Shown here: positions 58,355 through 64,000 of the stretch, one piece after another
Numbering within the stretch: the first letter of the stretch is position 1
How the letters are laid out: each line of letters starts with the position of its first letter
Assembly: GCA_031370645.1 (NCBI GenBank)
Contig: JANMQV010000152.1
Coordinates: forward strand, 1-64,000
Length of the DNA stretch: 64,000 nt
Reading direction: 5' to 3'
Source of the DNA: Candidatus Eiseniibacteriota bacterium
GTDB lineage: Bacteria > Eisenbacteria > RBG-16-71-46 > SZUA-252
Notes under the pieces: model-generated
What the model was told of the DNA's origin: nothing
The model's input: the letters and a program-made list of their open reading frames with translations, nothing else
Databases searched by the model: none
Made by a program: the position numbers and the translations under genes

Positions 58355-60771
58355 AGCAGTCGTTGGGCTGGCGGTGGGCGTACGGAGCGACGGCGCTGCT
58401 CGTGCTTGTCTTCTTCTACCCGATCGTCTTCGGCAAGGTCTTCCTCTCGCCGGACTCGGTCGCCCCCGCGGGCTTCTCGAAGATCGCCTTGGAAGCCCTC
58501 ACGCAGCGCGGCGTCTACGCGCTTTGGAATCCATATCACTTCCTCGGAATGCCGTCGTTCGGGAGTCTCGCCCACGTCCCGTTCGTCTATCCGCCCGACG
58601 TCATCTTTGGATTTCTGAACCAGAATCTCGGATTCCCCGATCTCACGTGGCTCATCGCGCATTACCTCCTCCTCGCCGTGAGCATGGTGGCGCTCTTGCG
58701 GGCGCTCGGTGCGGGCCCGGAAGCGGCCGCCATCGGGGCCACGACGCTCGCGCTGACTCCGAATCTCGTGGCGGTCGGGGCGTTCGGACACGGCAGCCAG
58801 ATCATGACGGCCGCTTACCTGCCGCTCCTCTTTCTCCTCTACGATCGCTACGCGCGGCGAGGCTCGCTCCTCGCGCTCTCCGCCTTCGCGCTCGCCGCCG
58901 CGTTCCAACTGCTGCGCGGACACGTGCAGATCGTCTTCTACAGCTGGTTCGCGCTCGGGCTCTACGCGCTATTCCTCTCCGTGGCGGCCTTCCGCGAGGG
59001 ACGGCGGCCGGACGGGATTCGTGCCCTGGTGGGGCTCGCGACGGGCCTGGGGCTCGCCTTCGGGATGAGCGCCTTCCTCTACCTGCCCATTCGCGACTAC
59101 GCCGAACACTCGGTGCGAAGCGCCGGCGCGGGCGGGGGCGCCGGATTCGAGTACGCCACCTCGTGGTCGTTCGCCCCGCGGGAGATGCTCACCTTCCTCA
59201 TTCCTTCCATGTTCGGTTTCGGCGGGCAAACCTACTGGGGAGCCATGCCGTTCACCGACTATCCGAATTACATGGGGATCATTCCGTTCGCGCTCGCGCT
59301 CTACGCCGCCGTCACGCTCCGGGGGACGATGCGCGCGTTTCTCGTCACGCTCGCCGGCGTTTCGCTCCTCATCTCGTTCGGCAAGCACTTCGCGCCGCTC
59401 TACGCGCTCCTCTACGACCACCTGCCGTTCTTCAACAAGTTCCGCGTGCCGGTGATGATTCTCGTCCTCGTCCAATTCGCCACGGCGGCGCTCGCGGCGT
59501 TGGGGATCGACCGGGCGATGAGGATGCCCGAGGCGGGGAAGCGCACCGGGGCCGCCGCGGCCGCGGCGACGACCGCCGCGGCGGGGCCGTGGTGGCGCGC
59601 CTGCGCCATGGCCATCGGCGGAGCCATCGGCGGGATCGCGCTCTTCCAGGCGTTTCGCCCGTCGCTCGAAGCGGCAGCCGCGTCGAGTCGCGCGAACATG
59701 AATCAGGGGCTCGCGCGTCTCGCGCTCGACATGGCCTCGATCGATCTCCTCAAGTCGGGGATCCTGCTCGCGTTCGGCTTCGCCGCGATCGCGCTCTACC
59801 GGTCCGGCCGGGTGGGGAAGAGCGTGGCGGCGGCAGCGCTCCTCTTGATCACCGCGGGCGACCTCTGGACCCTCGACCGGCGGATCATGGATCCGCAGGT
59901 CGGGACGAAGCGCGAGTACGCCGACTACTTCGCCGAGTCGCCGGAGGTGACCTTCCTTCGCGGCGATTCGACGCAGTTTCGCGTCCTCCCGACGGCGTGG
60001 AACGACGCGCGCCTCGCCTCCTTCGGTGTGGCGTCGGTGCTCGGCTACCATCCGGCGAAACCGCGGCTCTACCAAGCCTTCATCGATACGATCGGGATCA
60101 ACAGCATGGAAACGCTCCAAATGCTGAACACAAAGTACGTCTTGTCCGATCGGTACTTTCCCGCCGACATGCAGGGGCTCCGGCTCCGGTTCGACGGAAA
60201 GGTGAAGACGTACGAGGTGGACGGGGCGTTGCCGCGGGCGTACGTGGTCCATCATCTCTACCCGGTTCGCGACGAGTCGATGGCGCTCGCCGCCATTCGC
60301 GCGCACGGGGTCGATCCGCGGCTGGAGGCGGTCTGGACGAAGCCCGACCCCCTCCCGACCCTCGCCAACCCGTCGCTTCCCGATTCGGTGCGGCTCCTCC
60401 TCTTCGATTTCAACGAGGTGGAATACAGCGTCTCCACGAACGCGTCCGGTCTTCTCGTGACGATCGATCAGTGGGATCCCGACTGGAGCGTCACGGTGGA
60501 CGGGAAGGCAGCCGACCTGGAGCGCGTGAATTACCTGATGCGCGGCGTGTTGATCCCCGAGGGGGTCCACATCGTTCGGTTCCACTACATGCCGCGAGCG
60601 CTCGAGGCGGGCATCCGAATCTCGGCGGCCTCCCTGGCGCTCACGATCTTGCTGGCGGGATTGGGGCTCGTGACGGGGCGCCGGCGCCGCGCGATGCCGC
60701 CTGCCGCCACGGACGATTCGCCCGCGGCGGCGCACGCGTCCGCGGAGAAGCGAAAGGGGAAACGCGCGTGA
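58351..60771 (+). CDS. YfhO-like GT-C membrane glycosyltransferase
   Basis: AGGAGG SD, LWNPY.FLGMP, GHVQIVFY, PNYMG, PFFNKFRVP, LNTKYV, LPRAY, W.VTVDGK...RVNYLMRGV.IPEG.H.V.F.Y.P. Confidence 0.85.
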   Translation: MKQSLGWRWAYGATALLVLVFFYPIVFGKVFLSPDSVAPAGFSKIALEALTQRGVYALWNPYHFLGMPSFGSLAHVPFVYPPDVIFGFLNQNLGFPDLTWLIAHYLLLAVSMVALLRALGAGPEAAAIGATTLALTPNLVAVGAFGHGSQIMTAAYLPLLFLLYDRYARRGSLLALSAFALAAAFQLLRGHVQIVFYSWFALGLYALFLSVAAFREGRRPDGIRALVGLATGLGLAFGMSAFLYLPIRDYAEHSVRSAGAGGGAGFEYATSWSFAPREMLTFLIPSMFGFGGQTYWGAMPFTDYPNYMGIIPFALALYAAVTLRGTMRAFLVTLAGVSLLISFGKHFAPLYALLYDHLPFFNKFRVPVMILVLVQFATAALAALGIDRAMRMPEAGKRTGAAAAAATTAAAGPWWRACAMAIGGAIGGIALFQAFRPSLEAAAASSRANMNQGLARLALDMASIDLLKSGILLAFGFAAIALYRSGRVGKSVAAAALLLITAGDLWTLDRRIMDPQVGTKREYADYFAESPEVTFLRGDSTQFRVLPTAWNDARLASFGVASVLGYHPAKPRLYQAFIDTIGINSMETLQMLNTKYVLSDRYFPADMQGLRLRFDGKVKTYEVDGALPRAYVVHHLYPVRDESMALAAIRAHGVDPRLEAVWTKPDPLPTLANPSLPDSVRLLLFDFNEVEYSVSTNASGLLVTIDQWDPDWSVTVDGKAADLERVNYLMRGVLIPEGVHIVRFHYMPRALEAGIRISAASLALTILLAGLGLVTGRRRRAMPPAATDDSPAAAHASAEKRKGKRA

Positions 60772-61481
60772 AAGCGCTCGTCATCATCCCGACCTACAAC
60801 GAACGGGAGAACCTCACCGAGCTCCTTCGCCAGATCTTCGCGCTCGGCATCGGCCTCGAGGTTCTGATCGTGGACGACAACTCGCCGGACCGCACCGGGC
60901 AGTTGGCGGACGAGATGGCCGCCGCCGACCCGCACATCCACGTGCTCCATCGCGCGGGGAAGATGGGACTCGGTTCGGCCTACGTGGCGGGGTTTCGCTA
61001 CGCCCTCGATCGCGACTACGAGGCGATCTTCGAGATGGACGCCGACTTCTCGCACAGTCCCGAGAGCCTGCCGGTGTTCCTGAAGGAACTCGAGTCGGCC
61101 GACCTCGTCCTCGGTTCTCGCTATCTGCACGGCGTGACGGTCGTGAACTGGCCGCTCAGCCGCCTCATTCTTTCCTACGCGGCGAATGTCTACAGCCGCG
61201 TCATCACGGGCATGAACATCAAGGACGCCACCGGCGGCTTCAAATGCTTCCGGCGCCAAGTGCTCGAAGCGATCGATTGGAGTCGCGTGAAATCGGACGG
61301 CTACGGATTCCAGATCGAGATCAACTTCAAGGCGTTCCGGAAGGGATTCCGCATCAAGGAGATTCCGATCCTCTTCGTCGACCGGCGCGCCGGGGAGTCG
61401 AAGATGTCGCGGAAGATCGTATGGGAGGCCGCCTACATGGTTTGGCGCCTGCGGGTCCTCGACCTCATCGGGGCGCTGTAG
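60768..61481 (+). CDS. Polyprenol monophosphomannose synthase (DPM1-like GT2)
   Basis: IIPTYNERENL, VDDNSPD.TG, GKMGLGSAY, EMDADFSH, DATGGFKCF, GYGFQIE, FVDRRAGESKMS. Confidence 0.92.
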   Translation: MKALVIIPTYNERENLTELLRQIFALGIGLEVLIVDDNSPDRTGQLADEMAAADPHIHVLHRAGKMGLGSAYVAGFRYALDRDYEAIFEMDADFSHSPESLPVFLKELESADLVLGSRYLHGVTVVNWPLSRLILSYAANVYSRVITGMNIKDATGGFKCFRRQVLEAIDWSRVKSDGYGFQIEINFKAFRKGFRIKEIPILFVDRRAGESKMSRKIVWEAAYMVWRLRVLDLIGAL

Positions 61482-61492
61482 CCCGCGCGCCC

Positions 61493-63445
61493 ATGGGCGT
61501 CTCCCTCGTCGTCGTCCACTACCGCACCCGGGAGCCGCTCGCTCGCCTTCTGGCGTCGCTTCGCACCGCGCGCCCGGCTCCCGTGCGCGAGCTCATCATC
61601 GTGAACAACTCGGGCGAGCCGCTCGACGACCTGGTCGCGGGCTCCGGTCTTCCGACGCGTGTTCTCTCGCCGGGGAAGAATCTTGGATACGCGGGGGGCG
61701 TGAACCTCGGCATCCGCGCGGCGACCGAGGAGGATGTGCTGATCCTGAACCCCGACATCCAGGTGACGCCGGGGTCGGTGGAGGCGCTCGTCCTCTGCGC
61801 CGAGCAGCGGCCGCGCGCCGGACTCGTGGCCCCGAAGCTCGTCTTCCCGGACGGAACGCTTCAGCTTTCCGTCCGGCGCTTCTACAATGCGAAAACACTC
61901 CTCCTCCGCCGGCTCCCACTGGGACCGATGGCGGAGCGGAGTCGAATCGTCCGCGACCACTTGATGGCCGATTGGGATCACGAGGAGTCGCGCCCCGTCG
62001 ACTGGGCGCTCGGCGCCGCCCTCTTCGCGCGGCGGCGTGCCATGCGGGACGTCGGGCTCATGGACGAGCGCTACTTCCTCTACTTCGAAGACGTCGATTG
62101 GTGCGAGCGGATGTGGCGCCACGGCTTCGAAGTGGTCTACTGCGCCGAGTCGCGCATGGTGCACGAGCACCAACGCGCCAGCGCCCGTCTCGAACCGCGG
62201 TCGTGGAAGGCCCATGCCGCGGGACTCCTCCGATTCGCGGAAAAGTGGAGTGCCGTCCTTTACGCCGTGAGCCAATACCGCCGCCGCATCGTGCAGGGCG
62301 TCGCTCTCGCGGGCGACCTGATCGCCGTCTCCGCCGCGTTCCTGGCGGCGTACGGCTTTCGCCTGCTCCTCGATCCGTGGTTCGAGAAGCCGGTCTTTCC
62401 GCTTCCGAACTACCGCGGTCTCTTCGTCTTCGCCCTCGCCATGACCATTGCCTCCCTCGCCTGGAACGGACTCTATCGCCGTCTCTCGTTCACGGACGGA
62501 ATCGATCGCGCGTTTTCGCTCGGGCGCGCCGTCGTGCAGGCGGGACTCCTCGTCATGGCGGCGACGTTCTTCTTCCAGACGCCCCGATTCTCGCGCGTCC
62601 TCGTCCTCCTCCTGGGGCCGCTCTGTTTCGGAATGCTTCTCGTCTCTCGCGCCGCGGTGGAGCGGCTCGGCGCCGGGGCGCGGCGACACGGTTTCGCCTT
62701 CCGCCGCGTGCTCCTCCTCGGGAGCGGCGAAGCGGCGGCGCGCGCGCGCGCGGCGCTCGAGGAAGCACGGGGCGAAGGGTTCGAGCCGCTTCGCGCCGAG
62801 TACTCGGGTCCCGAAGGGGAGACGCCGGAGGCAGCCGCGGCGAGGCTTCGGACTCTCGTCGCGACGGAACGAATCCAGATCGTCCTCCTCGTTCCCGACG
62901 AGCTGGAGCTTCCGCATCTCCTCGCCGTCGGCGCGGCCCTCCGCGAGTGCGGCGCGGCCATCTGGTGGGCCGGCCCGGCCGCGCTCTTGGCCCCGCTCGG
63001 CGCCGAGTCGCGGCTCGGCCCGCTTGACGCCGTGCTCCTCCACACTCCCTCGCGCGGACTCGGTCCGCGCACGCGGAAGCGAGTGAGCGATCTCTTCCTT
63101 TCGTTCTTGGTGGCGCCGTGGCGCTGGGGTGGGCTCCGCGCCTATCTCGCCGCGCACGAGGAGCCGCTCCGTCCCGCCGAAGCGTGGCGCCAAGTGTGGA
63201 GCGGAGAACGCTCCTGGGTAGGCCGGAGCCGGTACGAAGTCGATCGCTGGGCCGGCATACCGTCGTGGGCGCGGCTCGCGCTCCAAACGCTTCGCCCCGG
63301 GGTCGTCTCGCCCGCGCTCTCGAGCAAGAACGGCGCCGATCGCACCGCGCGCTTGGAGTCCGAGCTCGCCTATCTCTCTCGATTCTCGATGGCGGAGGAC
63401 CTGCGGCTCTTCCTTCGCGCGACGCGCGGGCAGGGAACCCGATGA
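61493..63445 (+). CDS. Fusion: GT2 (WbbL-like) + WcaJ-like TM/Rossmann region + degenerate phosphoglycosyl-transferase domain
   Basis: NLGYAGGVN, LNPD, DERYFLYFEDVDWC, four TMs (GLYR, FSRV), RRVLLLGSG, then KRVSDLFLS...VWSGERSWVG...LRPGV...Y...S..EDLRLFLR. Confidence 0.8.
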   Translation: MGVSLVVVHYRTREPLARLLASLRTARPAPVRELIIVNNSGEPLDDLVAGSGLPTRVLSPGKNLGYAGGVNLGIRAATEEDVLILNPDIQVTPGSVEALVLCAEQRPRAGLVAPKLVFPDGTLQLSVRRFYNAKTLLLRRLPLGPMAERSRIVRDHLMADWDHEESRPVDWALGAALFARRRAMRDVGLMDERYFLYFEDVDWCERMWRHGFEVVYCAESRMVHEHQRASARLEPRSWKAHAAGLLRFAEKWSAVLYAVSQYRRRIVQGVALAGDLIAVSAAFLAAYGFRLLLDPWFEKPVFPLPNYRGLFVFALAMTIASLAWNGLYRRLSFTDGIDRAFSLGRAVVQAGLLVMAATFFFQTPRFSRVLVLLLGPLCFGMLLVSRAAVERLGAGARRHGFAFRRVLLLGSGEAAARARAALEEARGEGFEPLRAEYSGPEGETPEAAAARLRTLVATERIQIVLLVPDELELPHLLAVGAALRECGAAIWWAGPAALLAPLGAESRLGPLDAVLLHTPSRGLGPRTRKRVSDLFLSFLVAPWRWGGLRAYLAAHEEPLRPAEAWRQVWSGERSWVGRSRYEVDRWAGIPSWARLALQTLRPGVVSPALSSKNGADRTARLESELAYLSRFSMAEDLRLFLRATRGQGTR

Positions 63446-64000
63446 GGCGCTCCGTCGTGGCGGCATGGGCGCTCGTGCTCGTGGCGATCTCGATCGTTCC
63501 GTCCGCCGCCGAGAGCGCGACCCGGGTGTTTATCGTGAATCACGTCGCGTCGAACGACATCCGCGGAGCGGCGCCGTGGGGCGCGTCCCTGGCGCTCGCC
63601 ACAAACGGCGGGCTCGTCTTCGCCGACACGGCAACCGGGGGCACCTCGAAAGTCCTTCGCCGAAGCGGCGGGCTCGCGTCGAACAACCTCATGGCGATCG
63701 CCGCCAGTCCCGCCGGCGCCCTCTGGATCGGCACCGCCGATCTCGGCCTCTCGCGGTACCGGCCCGACGGGACGTTCCCTCGAACGCTCACGTCGTTTGA
63801 CGGACTCCCGAGCGATCGCGTGCAGGCGCTCCTCCGATCGGGGGACAGCGTCTGGGTCGCGACGAGCGGCGGCGTCGCCCTCTTCGCCGAGAACCCGGCC
63901 AACGGCCAGATCGCGCTCCGACGCTCCGATTCGAAGGCGAGCACCGGGGGCGCGTTGGTGAGCGACGACGTGACGTCGTTCGCGGTCTGGAACGACACGC
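63442..64000 (+). CDS. Secreted Reg_prop beta-propeller protein (PorZ-like), 3' partial; not in the ORF track
   Basis: ATGA overlap. Translates MRRSVVAAWALVLVAISIVPSAAES...LATNGGL...SGGLASNNL..I...ALWIGTADLGLSR...DGLPSDRVQAL...VWVATSGGV and stays open to the window end. Confidence 0.8.
   Translation, partial: MRRSVVAAWALVLVAISIVPSAAESATRVFIVNHVASNDIRGAAPWGASLALATNGGLVFADTATGGTSKVLRRSGGLASNNLMAIAASPAGALWIGTADLGLSRYRPDGTFPRTLTSFDGLPSDRVQALLRSGDSVWVATSGGVALFAENPANGQIALRRSDSKASTGGALVSDDVTSFAVWNDT

Overview
High-GC, gene-dense bacterial chromosomal segment from a diderm. FlgD/T9SS-like cargo, DUF2723 and bshAC suggest an FCB-related lineage such as Ca. Eisenbacteria, but this is inference only. 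Gene order: partial selA, a pseudo-BY-kinase/SPOR protein, smc, ftsY; a divergent signalling island (GGEEF cyclase versus a small secreted protein plus a TPR-AAA+-Fis regulator lacking GAFTGA); a split complex I set (nuoI, ZIP, nuoB-D-F-G) and adenosine deaminase; a methyltransferase-MBL-bshC-bshA operon; a lipoprotein/beta-barrel pair; UroD-like, nfeD, slipin, lpdA, lipA; mgtE, a receiver-domain remnant and a structured intergenic element; a large PPIase, radC, a TPR/SLH lipoprotein and a FlgD-CTD protein; an FMN riboswitch and rib-nusB operon that runs without gaps into a glycosylation locus (DUF2723/TMEM260-like GT-C, YfhO-like GT-C, polyprenol-P-mannose synthase, many GT2/GT4, a GT2-pseudo-PGT fusion) ending in a partial PorZ-like propeller. 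Best candidates for undescribed systems: (1) protein O-glycosylation whose probable D-(S/T)-hydrophobic sequon is visibly enriched in the exported proteins of this window, (2) a peptide/TPR-regulator/c-di-GMP module, (3) a methylated-bacillithiol operon. No rRNA, tRNA, CRISPR array or transposase was recognised. All calls come from reading motifs by eye; no searches were run.
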